DNA of 64,000 nucleotides, from contig JAPMXV010000001.1 of NCBI GenBank assembly GCA_026936335.1, forward strand, positions 248,001 through 312,000. Reading direction: 5' to 3'. Shown here one piece after another: positions 12,180 to 23,643 of this stretch. The position numbers were made by a program, and so were the translations under genes. How positions within the stretch are numbered: the first letter of the stretch is position 1; each line of letters opens with the position of its first letter. The DNA comes from Mantamonas sphyraenae STR306 (Eukaryota; Protista; CRuMs). A model generated the notes under the pieces. The model was given only the letters and a program-made list of their open reading frames with translations, searched no databases and was not told the origin of the DNA.

Positions 12180-14537
12180 ATGGCCACGTCCTTTGTCATG
12201 ACGCAACGCAAGCCCAGCGGCACGGCGAGCGGCACATCAGGCCGTAGCAACAGCACGTACGCAGCAGGGAATGGCAGCAACACAGCCACAGCAGCGGAGG
12301 TGGCGGACACGGGAACAACAGCCGAGGGCCAGAGGTTTGCTCGCTGGCTGTGCTACCAGGTCAGCACACCCGTGCGCTTCCCCAAGGCAACGGCCACGGG
12401 AGCTGTCAACGACAGTGTGTTGTCGTTGTTTGAACGGGCAGTTCGTATCCTGAAGCGACTCAAGGCCACGCAACCGGGCGCGGACTACGTGGGCGCCTCG
12501 ACGAGTGCATACCAGACGGAGAACGACATCCTGCTGGAGGAGTACCTTGTGGATCTGTTGAAGAGTGTGCACGTGGACAAAGTCCAATGGGTGTACAACT
12601 CCACACGGACGATTGCCCACGCCCAGTTCTACGTGCAGGAGGAGGCCGAAGAGGTGGTTTCCCGTCTCCTCATTTTTGCCGGCTACGGCTCGCAGTACAA
12701 CAGCCGCTTCGCCGTGACGCCGGCCCAGTCGGCACTGGGATTCAGCCCCGTCAACATCACCGCCCAGGACCTGGAGCGTCTGTTCCCCAAAGACAACGCC
12801 TTCACCGAGATGAACGCTGCGTTGAACCAGGTTGCCGCGCGCATCAAACTCAACGACTTGGTGGAGTCCACCCGTCGCAACGCCGAGCTCTCCTTTGATT
12901 ACTTGGTGTTCCTTGTGGTGGCTTCCATTCTGGCCGGCGTGGGATTGGCCACTGACAACGCCGTGGTGGTTGTCGCCAGCATGCTGGTCTCCCCGCTCAT
13001 GGGTCCCATTGTTTCGGTCGTCTTTGGCTTTTCCATCTCCCAGACTCGCATGATTTGGCGTGGTCTGGCCAACGAGCTCATCTCCTTGCTCATTTGCATT
13101 GTGGTGGGCATTGTGGTGGGCTTCTGCTTCACCCCGTTTGGCGACCGGTACATGTGGCCCACCCGCGAAATGGCCTCCCGTGGCGACGTGTACGGCCTCA
13201 TCATCGGTTTGGCCATTGCCATCCCATCTGGAGTCGGTGTGGCCCTGTCTGTGCTCGGCCAGAATGCGGGCTCCTTGGTGGGTGTGGCCATTTCCGCCTC
13301 GCTGTTGCCCCCCGCCGTCAACGGTGGCATGTGTTGGGCATACGCCGTGTTGGCACCCAACGTGGCGAGTGTCTATGGACCCGATGCAGCCCCACAGGAC
13401 TTGAATGGCGTCGACTTTTGGATGTTGGGTGCGATTTCTGTGGCTCTGACCATGTTGAACATTGTGTGCGTGTGGCTGTTTGCCCTCATCTCCTTCCGCA
13501 TCAAGCAGGTGCCCCAATTGCACAACAGCGAGGAGCGCAGCACATTCCGCAACATCCTGAGGGTGCGTGAGCAGAACCAACAGATGACCAGCAAAGAGTC
13601 CCGCTCGCTGCAGATCATGGAAGAGAATCGCAGGCTGCGCCTCCTCCGCTCTGCAAAGGCCACCGACCTCGAGAGTGGCGACGACGAAAGCACACGCACC
13701 GTCAGCCTGGCTGCCATGCCCACCCTCACCGACCTGTACCACAACACCCTCACCCTCAACAACGCATATACTATGGTCGACCGCAAACCAGTCACGGAAG
13801 ACGTGTACACCAAGCCTGGCAGCGAGCAGGAGCAGCAGCAGAAGCAGAGCAACAAGGCGACCGCAAACTCCGCCTCGGACGCAGGGTATGCTCCGTCGTC
13901 CACCGGCGCCGCCGCAGGGACCGACGATGCGGGCAAGGGTGTGGGCAGTGGCGTGATCTCCGACGAGGATGGACCCGTGGCAGTGTCGGTGTCGCTGGAG
14001 GCCCTGCCTGTGGACTTTGACAACAGCCTGCACCTGGAATCGGACGAAGGGTCGCCGCGTCCCAGCACAGTGGCACGTGGCGTGGGAGTGGGCGCCTCTT
14101 CGACGACGACGACGGCATCGATGGCAGGCTTTGTGGGTGCCGTCAGTGTCAACGACGCACACACACCCACGCGCCAGTCGCCTGCCAGTGCACCGCCACA
14201 AATGCAGGTCAAGGTGTCGGATGTGACGGATGACCAGGAGGAGGACGACGACGACTCCATGGGAGGCACGGGTTCCAACAACAACACCACGGATTCCATG
14301 CCCAGCGGACGTGACGTGATCCAACCGCCTCCCAAGGACCGTGATTCCCGCTCCTCCAGCGTGTTTTCCAACCGCGACGCGTTTTTCACCGCCCCCACAG
14401 ATGAGGGCAAGCGCAAACGAGAGGCGGCGGCCGCGGAGATGCAACGCGAGTCTGGCGAGGCTGTCGTCACTGCAAGCATGCCTGCCTGGGGCAGTGCTGG
14501 CGATGACAGTGAGAGTGAGGCGGATCTGAGTGAATGA
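12180..14537 (+). CDS. DUF389-family multi-pass membrane protein
   Basis: VVVVASMLVSPLMGP, SLVGVAISASLLPPAVN and about 7 hydrophobic segments; disordered C-terminus. Confidence 0.85.
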   Translation: MATSFVMTQRKPSGTASGTSGRSNSTYAAGNGSNTATAAEVADTGTTAEGQRFARWLCYQVSTPVRFPKATATGAVNDSVLSLFERAVRILKRLKATQPGADYVGASTSAYQTENDILLEEYLVDLLKSVHVDKVQWVYNSTRTIAHAQFYVQEEAEEVVSRLLIFAGYGSQYNSRFAVTPAQSALGFSPVNITAQDLERLFPKDNAFTEMNAALNQVAARIKLNDLVESTRRNAELSFDYLVFLVVASILAGVGLATDNAVVVVASMLVSPLMGPIVSVVFGFSISQTRMIWRGLANELISLLICIVVGIVVGFCFTPFGDRYMWPTREMASRGDVYGLIIGLAIAIPSGVGVALSVLGQNAGSLVGVAISASLLPPAVNGGMCWAYAVLAPNVASVYGPDAAPQDLNGVDFWMLGAISVALTMLNIVCVWLFALISFRIKQVPQLHNSEERSTFRNILRVREQNQQMTSKESRSLQIMEENRRLRLLRSAKATDLESGDDESTRTVSLAAMPTLTDLYHNTLTLNNAYTMVDRKPVTEDVYTKPGSEQEQQQKQSNKATANSASDAGYAPSSTGAAAGTDDAGKGVGSGVISDEDGPVAVSVSLEALPVDFDNSLHLESDEGSPRPSTVARGVGVGASSTTTTASMAGFVGAVSVNDAHTPTRQSPASAPPQMQVKVSDVTDDQEEDDDDSMGGTGSNNNTTDSMPSGRDVIQPPPKDRDSRSSSVFSNRDAFFTAPTDEGKRKREAAAAEMQRESGEAVVTASMPAWGSAGDDSESEADLSE

Positions 14538-14610
14538 TTGAAAGCATGTGTGTGTGTGTGTGTGTGCGTGGCGAATGGGCCGCGACCGCCTCCCCACCAA
14601 AAACCCCCCG

Positions 14611-17093
14611 ATGTTTGCACGCTCACAGGTTGCCAAGCAGGCTCGGCGGAGTGGCATGCAGGTGGCACGCAGCACCTGCAATGGCACTGGAAACAGAGGA
14701 AGCAGCATTGGCACCGTTCTTGTACATACATTTGGCCCCAGGCCGGCGACCGAGTCGGCAGCAGGTCGCGGACTGCGCAGCACCCTCAGCACGCCTTACA
14801 CAGACACCCACACCCTGAGGATGAGTGCACAGCAGGCTTTCATGCCATATGCATACAACCACACGGCGTTGGGACTGGGTGCAGGCGCTGGGGCCGGCAT
14901 GCGACGCGCGTTGCACACGGGCGTCCTCCAACGCGGCGTCGTCGCAGGCGCAAACAGCAGCACTGCAGAGGAAACCTTGCAGGAATTGCTCTCCAACGAG
15001 TCCAATCATACCTCCCAACGCGACGAAGGCCTCTCGGGCTCATCCCCATCCTCCTCCAAGGGCAAGACGGCGTCCGGCGCCACCAAGCGCAAGCGTCGCG
15101 GCAAGACCCGCTCCGTCTCTACGTACGTTGTGCCCCTTGACTGCCTGCGGGCACAGCCACGCACTGTCCACACATACCACGGTGGCCCCAGTTGGCCCAT
15201 GGACGACTTGATGTGCTCCATGGCCACGGTGCTTGGTCACATGGCCGACAAAGCCGTGCCAACGCAGCGCGTCGGAGCTGTGCATGCTCCGAAGCAAATT
15301 TGCGGTGGCACGCACGCCAAAACGCCACTGACACAGACGGACGCCGACCACATACGCACACACGCACACACACACGGGTTGCACACCATACACACAGCAC
15401 ATACACGTTCAACAAGCAGTTGCTGGCCCATCTGCGATCCCAGGTGCCCGAGCAGGTTCTGGAAGACTGGCACACGCAGGTGGACGGACCCAACGCCACC
15501 ATTGAACCGGACATTTTCAGCTACAATTGCCTGCTGAATGCACTGTCACGCATGGGACGGCTGGAAGACGCAGTGGCCACGTTTCACGGCCTGGAGACCA
15601 ACGACAAGGTGGACATCGACGTCGTCAGCGTGGGCATCATCCTCACCGTGTACGGCAAACTCAACCAGCTGGACGAAGCCTTCCAGCTGTACAACAACAT
15701 GGAGGCACGGTATGGGTTGCAGCCGAACCAGCGCAACGCCACGTCGTTGATCATTGCCTGCTCGCGCTGCGGAGACATGGAAACGGCGGAGAAGGTGTTT
15801 ACGTCGATCCCGGCAACGTTCCACACCACCCCGTCCGCATACACGTACAGTGCCATGCTCAACGGTTACGCACGGTTCAACCACCTCGACTCTGCCCAAC
15901 GCATGCTCATGGAAATGCGCACCATGAATCTGGCGCCGACGGAGATCAGCTGCTTCTCCCTTCTCAGTGCTGCCCTGCGCAACAAGCGTGTCGTGCTGGC
16001 CAAACACACCTTTGAGGCCATGAAGCACTTTGGTGTCCCACTTTCTGCCAAGGCCTACGCCATGATGATCATCTGCTGTGCGCGCAGCAACGATCTCAAC
16101 CAGGCCTTTTCCGTCTACGAAGAGATGCAGGACTCGGGCGCCTTTATCAACGTCATGGTGTACAACGCACTCATTCAGGCCTGTTCCAAGAGTTGCCAGG
16201 TCGACCGTGCCTTTCAAGTGTTTACAGAGATGCGCGAGGGTGGGCAAACTCCCGTGGAGGCCACCTACTACTACCTCATCAACGCCTGCGCAAACGCAGG
16301 ACAGGTCGACCGCGCCTTTGAGATGCTCGACCAGATGCGTGCGGCCAACTTGGCACCCAACAGCATCATCATGAACGCCCTCATCCACGCATGCGCCAAG
16401 AAAGCCGACGTCGAGCGCGCCTTTCACACCTTTGACCAGATGCAAGAGTCGGGCCTCAGCACAGACAGGGTCACTTTCAACATTCTCATCAGCGCCTGTG
16501 CCAAGGCCGGCCTGGCAGACCGTGCCTTTGACATGTACGAGCAGATGCAGGCTGAGGGCCACGACGCAGACTCCTTCACCTACTGCACCCTCATGGACGC
16601 CTGTGCTCGCACGGGACAGCTGGAACGCGCCCAAGAGACCTTTGCCAGCATGAAACAGAACGGCTTGCAACCCGACGCCATTGCGTACACCACCATGATC
16701 AACGCATGCTCACGCAGCGGCGAGGCCGAACTCGGCTCACAGCTACTGCAGGAGATGCGCACCAAGGGCATCAGTCCCAACGACATCACCTACAACTCGC
16801 TCATCCATGCCTACGCCAGCGTCGGCAACATGGACCAGGCCATCGAGCTCATCCACGAGATGAAGGCCTCGGGCTTCCAACCCACAGCCGTCACATGCAC
16901 CAGCACCCTCAAGTTCTGCGAAGATCTCGACACCCTTGAAGCCGTCATCGATGCTCTTCGCCACGAGCGACTCCGTTTCGATGGCATTGTCGACCACGCC
17001 CTCACCACCGCCCTCAATCGCATCGGCCGTCCAGACCTCCTCCTCAGCCTCACCGCCGAGTTTCTGCGCGAGGATCAAGACGCAAATGCATGA
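14611..17093 (+). CDS. P-type pentatricopeptide repeat (PPR) protein, probably organelle-targeted; intron(s) near 15120-15400
   Basis: About 13 tandem 35-aa repeats (YNALIQAC, FNILISAC, YTTMINAC, YNSLIHAY); Arg/Ser-rich N-terminus MFARSQVAKQARR. Confidence 0.85.
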
Positions 17094-17106
17094 CGGATGG
17101 TCGCAT

Positions 17107-17144
<38 letters not shown>

Positions 17145-17278
17145 GCAGCGACAGAGCTCACAGGGTGGGAGAGGGGGAAAAAATTGCCCTTGTTTCTTGT
17201 GCGAATTCATTTCACTCTGCATCCGAGAGGTCGGCCAGGTTGAAGCTGACATTGGCATCATCGTCGTGGACAATGGTG

Positions 17279-18481
17279 TCATCTTCGCTGGCCGGACTCC
17301 TCTTCGTCGCTGCTCATGAGAGACTGGCCGTTGCGTGGTACTTGAGCCACATCCTCCTCCACGACCTCCTCCTCCTCCGACTCGTCGTCGGTGCTCACCA
17401 GACGCTTAAACTTGACCTGACGATGCTGGGCAAACACAGAGGCAATGTTGTACTTGGTGGCATCCTCGCACGGGTCCTGGCTGACAGGGTCGATGTTTGC
17501 CCTGCGAATCAAGTTGTCCAGGTGGCAACGCAGCGGACCCTTTTCCGCATCGGTGCTGTCCTTGACCCAGTTCTCGTGGCGGCGGTAGTGTGTGGACAGC
17601 ACAGGGTCGTCCTTGGGCAACACTGTGTCGTTCCACTGGCTCCACCAAAAGTTGATTGCAATGTTGCGCTCAAACGAACGCACCTGATGCCACCAAAACT
17701 TGGGAATGTACAGGGCGTCGCCCGGGTGCAGTTCCACCGTGTGGAACTTGGTCTTGGCGTACCGAGGGTACTTGTCCAGGTCCACGGAATCGACGTCGCT
17801 GGGTGCGGTGCCCGGAATGCGTGCTTCGTCTGCATGCAGGTTGTACGCCTCCTCGGGGCTCATGAGGATGAGGCGCTTGTAGCCGTCCACCTGGTTCAGG
17901 ATGTTCTCCACCGAGTCGGTGTGCATGACGGAGGACGTGCCGCCGGAGCTGAACCACATCACCACGCGCTCCAGCGTGTCAAACATGCTTTCGCAGTACA
18001 GGGCGTTGGGCAGCCAAAAGTCGTCCCGCAGCAACTCGGGAAGCTTCGACTGCACAATGTACCATGAGTCCTTGTACTCGGGCTTGCGGTAGTTGTCCAG
18101 AAACTTCTTCAGCGGAAACGTAAAGGTGGGACCCTCCCGGTTCTCCTTCTTCTTGTCCTCCACAAACACCTCCAGGTCTCCTGCACGTTGCTCCAGATAC
18201 GAGTCGTTCTTCCACCGCGTCAACGCCCTCCAGTGCTTGTTTGCGCCCCGGAACACCACGGGCGTGTGCGTCTTGACGTACTTCTCGTAGAACTCCGGCC
18301 CAGGCAGGAAGCCCTGCTCTTCTGCAATGGCTGGCAGTGGGTCTGCATGCGATCCCAGCGGCTGCTTATGGCCTCGCCGGGTGTCACTTGCCACCACCGC
18401 AGTTGCACACAGCGCCAGCGCGCATAGAAGGAAAAGGTTCCGCTCGGCCTGATGTCTCTGTGTCGACACTCTTCTCAACAT
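17279..18481 (-). CDS. Secreted JmjC/cupin-8 2-oxoglutarate dioxygenase
   Basis: Hydrophobic signal; PVVFRGA, MHTD...WWHQVRS Fe-binding HxD...H triad; LHPGDALYIP. Confidence 0.85.
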   Translation of the reverse strand: MLRRVSTQRHQAERNLFLLCALALCATAVVASDTRRGHKQPLGSHADPLPAIAEEQGFLPGPEFYEKYVKTHTPVVFRGANKHWRALTRWKNDSYLEQRAGDLEVFVEDKKKENREGPTFTFPLKKFLDNYRKPEYKDSWYIVQSKLPELLRDDFWLPNALYCESMFDTLERVVMWFSSGGTSSVMHTDSVENILNQVDGYKRLILMSPEEAYNLHADEARIPGTAPSDVDSVDLDKYPRYAKTKFHTVELHPGDALYIPKFWWHQVRSFERNIAINFWWSQWNDTVLPKDDPVLSTHYRRHENWVKDSTDAEKGPLRCHLDNLIRRANIDPVSQDPCEDATKYNIASVFAQHRQVKFKRLVSTDDESEEEEVVEEDVAQVPRNGQSLMSSDEEESGQRR

Positions 18482-18608
18482 TGGATGATGGATCCTCTCG
18501 TGGATTGCTGTGGTTCTGTATTTGGTGTGCGCAGACAGATGTTGAGGGGTCACTGCTCTGCACGATGGAAGCTGTGGACCGCCCGCCGCTCCGCGCTCCT
18601 CTCTCCAC

Positions 18609-21600
18609 TCAATCCTGCGTACGCAGGCCATAGAAGAGCATAAAGGCCTCCACTCCCAGCACCTGCTCCTCGTCCACAGGGGTCACCATGGAGTCGGAAA
18701 ACAGGTACCAGGCAGGCTTGCGTGCGCCTCCTTCGCCGCCTTCGTCTCCGTTTCCGCTGCTGCTCTGCCCGGCAGCCGTGGCCTCGTTCAACGCCTGCAA
18801 TGGACTCTGGTCCACACCTGGGCGGTTTGTCTTGACATAAGCCACGTAGTGGCCTCCTCCCATGCCGCCCTGATGGACCACGACGCCGTACAGGTCAAAC
18901 ACAGGCGGCTGCCGTGTCTCTGTGCTGTCCTCGCCTGCCATAAACAGACTCAGGTCCAGCGTGAGGCCAAACTGTACATGGCCACCGATCTTGTCGAAGC
19001 GGTGGCCGTTGAAGATGAACCGCTTGAGATGGACGGTGAGCACCTTGGGCAGGTGGCGAAGCAAGATCTGCTTGGTGGCCTCACGACGCACCGATTCATC
19101 GTTGGCCTGTTTGCAGCACGCCTCACAAGCGTACGCGTCGTCGCCGGTCAGCAGTTCCATGCGTGCAAACTCGCCCAGACAGCGCATGAGGGACTTTTCG
19201 CCGTCCTTGTGTTCGTAGCGACGTTCCAGCACCACAGTGCCACTCTGCGTGCGCATGAGTGCGTCTCCACTCGCATGCGCATGGCTGCCCACAACCACCC
19301 ATGTGTGTGCCCCCACGTCCACGTCAATCACCTCGGCCGCTTCTTCGGGACCGTCCTCAGCGTGCACCACAACCGCAGGCACAGCCCCGCCTGTGGGCAG
19401 AATCACTGCGTCGTACACTTCCACCAGGCCTGGTTTCACATTGAGACTGCCTTCGATGTCCATCATGCTCATGTCCTGATCGTGAAAGGTCAGCTCCTCG
19501 TCGGACTCTTCCTCGCTGCTCTCCTCGTCGTCATCGTCGTGTTCGTCGTCGCCACCCAACCCTCCGTTGTCAGCTGCAAAGTTGGCGTGTGCCAACGCGT
19601 CGTACAGATCGTCCAATTCGTCTCCGGCGCCTCCACGCTTTCCCTTTTTGCCCTTTTTGCCCGGCTGCTGTTTCTGCTTCTTCTTGTTGTCTGCCGCCTG
19701 GATCTCCTGCTCCAGCCACTTGGCTTGGTTTCGTGCCTTGCGTGCTTTGGAGCGAGCCGCACGAGCAGCCTGTTTGCCACGCTTGGCATTCGCCAACGAC
19801 TGTGCGTCACTGCTGGCCCCGCTGCTGCCTGCGCCCCCACCGAACGAGGGCATCTGCACCTTGACCCAGGGCATGGGTACACTCAGGTCCATAAAGTCAT
19901 CGTTGCGTTCGTAGCTTGATCCGCAGGTCTGACACCGCACCACACTCACCATCTGCCCTCCAAAAAGGTCGTCCACAAACGACAGCAGGCGCTCGTTGCC
20001 CTGCTTGCCGAATGGAAGCACCTCGTCGTGGCCCACAGACTCGTCGTATGCATCTCCATCCTCTTCCATGGCTGCAAGCCTCGCCTTGCGCTGCTTCTTC
20101 TTTTGCCATTTGACCTCTGCTTGCGTGTCCATGGCCGCGCCCCAGCTGTCCTGGTCCTCGGCCATGGTCAAATACTCAAACTCATTGCGTCTTCCATCTT
20201 GCTTGGCCTTGCGCCTGTCCTTCTTCTTCTTCTTCTTTGCCGCCTTGCCTTCCAGCTCCATGTACTGCCACAGCATTTCGCCTCCCATGCCGTCTTGCAC
20301 ATCCACCTTGGCCACCTGTTCCACCAACTGTTGGTGTTCCATCTCGGCCTGCATCGCCTCTGCCTCTGCGTGTTCCGCCTCCTCTGCTGCGATCACTGCC
20401 GCCACTGCAGCAGCCGCACCGTCGTCGTTGTCGTCTTCTCCGTCGCCGTCGTACTCGTCGTCGCCGTCGCCTCCCTGTGCGTGTGCCTGCTTGCGTGCTC
20501 CTTTTCCTCCCTTTTTGCCAGCCGTGCCCTGTGCATCCTGTGTTTCACCACCGCCGCCAACATACTGCGCCACCCACTCTTCGTAGTTCATGTCCTCGTC
20601 ATCGCTCAACGCCTCTGGGTTCTGCTGCCTGTAAAGAGACAGCAGCTGTCGCTTACTGCGCTTGGCTTCTTCGATGTGCACCAGATTGAGCAGTGTGCGA
20701 AGCAGCTCGTGCGAATCTTGTTGATAATACCCTCGGAACGACGGGGCGCGCAGTGTGACAGCCTCAAACAGCTCCTCTGGGGAGAAGAAGTGACTGTTGC
20801 TGTGCTCTGGGGCCCACATCTGTTCCATAAACGCACGTAGATGCCGCACGAGCAGACCTCGGGTGCCCCCCAGCACCGGGGTGTACGACGTGTACGCGCC
20901 GGATTCCAACGCACTCATGACCATCATGTTTTCAAACATGGCCTCGTCACTGCCCATGTTCATCTGCTGGGAGTCCAGCAGCAGGTTGCGCAGCGGGTAC
21001 GTGTGAGTCAGCACCTGCATGGCCGAGTTGAAGAAGCACGAGTTGCCCAGGTTGGCCAGACCCTTGACACCGGCTTCACCCTGTGCATCGTACAGCTGCA
21101 CGTCTTCCCACGTGTACACAAAGCCCTGGTGCTTGCCACGCTTGTTCTTGCCCCTCTTTCCGTGCTGTTGTTTGTTCTTCTTGTTGCTCTTGCCCTGATT
21201 CTTGTGCACATTTCGATTGTGCCGTTCCTCACGCTCATCCTTCACATCCGTCACAACCTCCACACACTGTAGCACCTGTGTCCATGCCTCCATTGCCTCC
21301 TTTGAGCGTTCGTACTGCGTCTCCTCAACCTCACCCTTGTCGTCATCATCCTGATCCTGGTCCTGCGTCCCTTCTGTCTCCTGCTGCTGCTCCTCCCCGT
21401 CCTCTTTGCCCTGCTGTTCGCTTTCTGTCTCTTGTGTGGTGGATGGCTTTGTGTCGTCTCCCTCTGCAGCTGCCGTGTCCTCAGGTTTTGAGTTTGTCTC
21501 TGGGTTCGCCTCCTGCGACGTCTTCTGCTGTGCATCCTGAGTCGTCCCTTGCTCCTGCGTCTCTGTGTTGTTGTCGTCTTCTTTGGCTGTTCCCTGCTTG

Positions 21601-22610
21601 TCGCCTTTGTCCTCGTGGTCCGTGTCTGCGGACATTGTCGTCGCGGCCGCCGTCTTCTTCTCCACCACGTATGCTTGGCAGTGGTAGCAAAACACATGCA
21701 TGGTCTTGAGATTGAGGGCCAAACAGTGACGTGGGTGCATGGCGTAGTGGCTCAATGCATGTTGGTGCGTCGACTTTGCTCCACAGGCCGAAACGCAGCA
21801 GAGCAGACACATGTGCAGTGTGCCGTCCCACCGGTTGGCTCCCTTGCCAAATTCAATGTCGTTGTCCAGAAAGTGGTGTGCCTCCGGGTGTCGTTTCAGA
21901 TATTTGTCCAGCTTCTTGGCGCTGCGTGGAGGCTTGGGCAAGGCGTTGCACTCCTCGCATTGCTGTGGTGATTCCACGCACAAAACACGCACAACCCACA
22001 CAGCACCCACACAGCATCCACACCATCGTCGGACACGCCACATGCCACACGTACATCACACACACACATATACACACACGAAGCACACGTGCAACCGCGT
22101 CAGTCAAGCCGCGCAGTCGTGTCTTTGTTGGAATTCGGTCTGACCCTTTTCCACGCAAACCCCGCTCCCTCACTCGCTTTTTGGTTCGTGGTGGCGACTG
22201 CCACAGCGCCTTACCTTGCACTGCTTCAGGCTCAACTGCGAGCGAAGCTTCTCTAGATACTCTGGCTTGGCGCGTGAGAGGTGTGCACACTGGCTGTAGT
22301 CGATTTCGGGAAAGGCACGTTCGTCCCAGCCGTAGGTGATGTCGCCGAGAGAGATCACAGCCTTTTCCGTCGGCTCCTGCTTGCCTCCCTTGCCTCCCTT
22401 GCGACCCTTGCCCTTGCGGTGGCCACGTCCTCCCTTGGAGCGTCCATTGGTTTCCTCCTCCTCCTCAACGCCGATCACATCGTCCACAACCATGTCCGAG
22501 CCCAACACAGCCCTTCGTTCGGCCAGCTCCTTGGCTTCTTCCTTCTCCTTCTTGCGCTGCTCCTGCTGCAACCTCTTTGCCTTTTGGCGTGCTTTCTTGG
22601 ACTTTGTCAT
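18609..22610 (-). CDS. Ubiquitin-specific protease with a zf-UBP domain (USP16/USP45-like)
   Basis: zf-UBP (CLLCCVSACG...HALSHY...CYHC); Cys box GLANLGNSCFFNS; QQDSHELLR; His box YGVVVHQGGMGGGHYVAYVK; intron near 22214-21965. Confidence 0.9.
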
Positions 22611-22698
22611 TGCCGGCTCGGTTGCGGGATCTGGTTGGCCGTGGGAGCGTGTGTGCGAGGGATGTGTGCGGTGTGCGCTCACCCGACCACTCTCGCGA

Positions 22699-23580
22699 AT
22701 GAGCAGCAGCACAGAGGCGGACGAGTTTGCCCTGGATGACATCTTGGACGATGCCCTGAACTCCTTCATGGAGGGGGAGGACAGCGTGCGTTCGCAGGCA
22801 GCCGCAGCGAGCGTGGGAAGCCAACCCAGCAACCACAGCGGCGAGGAAGCCAAAGCCGAAGAGGAGCACCAGCAGCTGCGCGAGACCCTGAGTGCGGATT
22901 TGGAGGATGGCATGCAGTCGTTGATCAAGGAATTGATGAACAGCGACACGCAACTGGCCGAGGAAATGACCAAGTTGGCGCAGGAGCGAGAGCAAGCGCG
23001 TGCAGCAAGCGGGTCCGGCGGCGACGGCGAGACCACGGGGGCCGACCAGGCCGCGCTGGAACAGGTTACGATTGCAGAAACAATGCGCATGCTGGCCGAG
23101 AGTGCAGAGAAGCTGGAGGAGCTGGAGAAGGAGGGCAGCAACCGCAACGTGGACAACGAGGCCCTTATGGCGCAGATTGCAGAGCAGTTCAACCAACTGG
23201 GCGACAACCCGGCCTTCCAGGAGGTCATGGAGAACATGATGAAGCAGTTGCTGAGCAAAGACATCCTCTACGAGCCCATGAAGCAACTGGGCGAGCTGTA
23301 CCCCGATTGGCTGGCTGCCAACAAGGAGACCATCAGTGCCGAGGACTACGAGCGCCACTCCACCCAGTACGACCTCATCCAGCAGGTTGTCGAATGCTAC
23401 GAGGGAGAACAACAGGACTACACGCGTCTCTTGGATCTTATGCAACAGGTGCAGCAGTACGGCCAGCCGCCGGCCGAGCTTGTGCAGCAGATCGCCCCCG
23501 GGGTCGAGTTTGACGACCAGGGCTTGCCCATCCTACCCGAGGATGACACCAGCAACGCTGCAGGGTGCGGCGTGCAATGA
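22699..23580 (+). CDS. PEX19: Peroxin 19
   Basis: LDDILDDAL, MMKQLLSKDILYEPMK, YPDWL, QQYGQPPAEL and C-terminal CaaX motif CGVQ. Confidence 0.92.
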   Translation: MSSSTEADEFALDDILDDALNSFMEGEDSVRSQAAAASVGSQPSNHSGEEAKAEEEHQQLRETLSADLEDGMQSLIKELMNSDTQLAEEMTKLAQEREQARAASGSGGDGETTGADQAALEQVTIAETMRMLAESAEKLEELEKEGSNRNVDNEALMAQIAEQFNQLGDNPAFQEVMENMMKQLLSKDILYEPMKQLGELYPDWLAANKETISAEDYERHSTQYDLIQQVVECYEGEQQDYTRLLDLMQQVQQYGQPPAELVQQIAPGVEFDDQGLPILPEDDTSNAAGCGVQ

Positions 23581-23643
23581 TTGAAATGATGGATTGATGT
23601 TCAGGCTGATTGATTGAGAATGAAGGGAGGAAAGTTGAGCTGT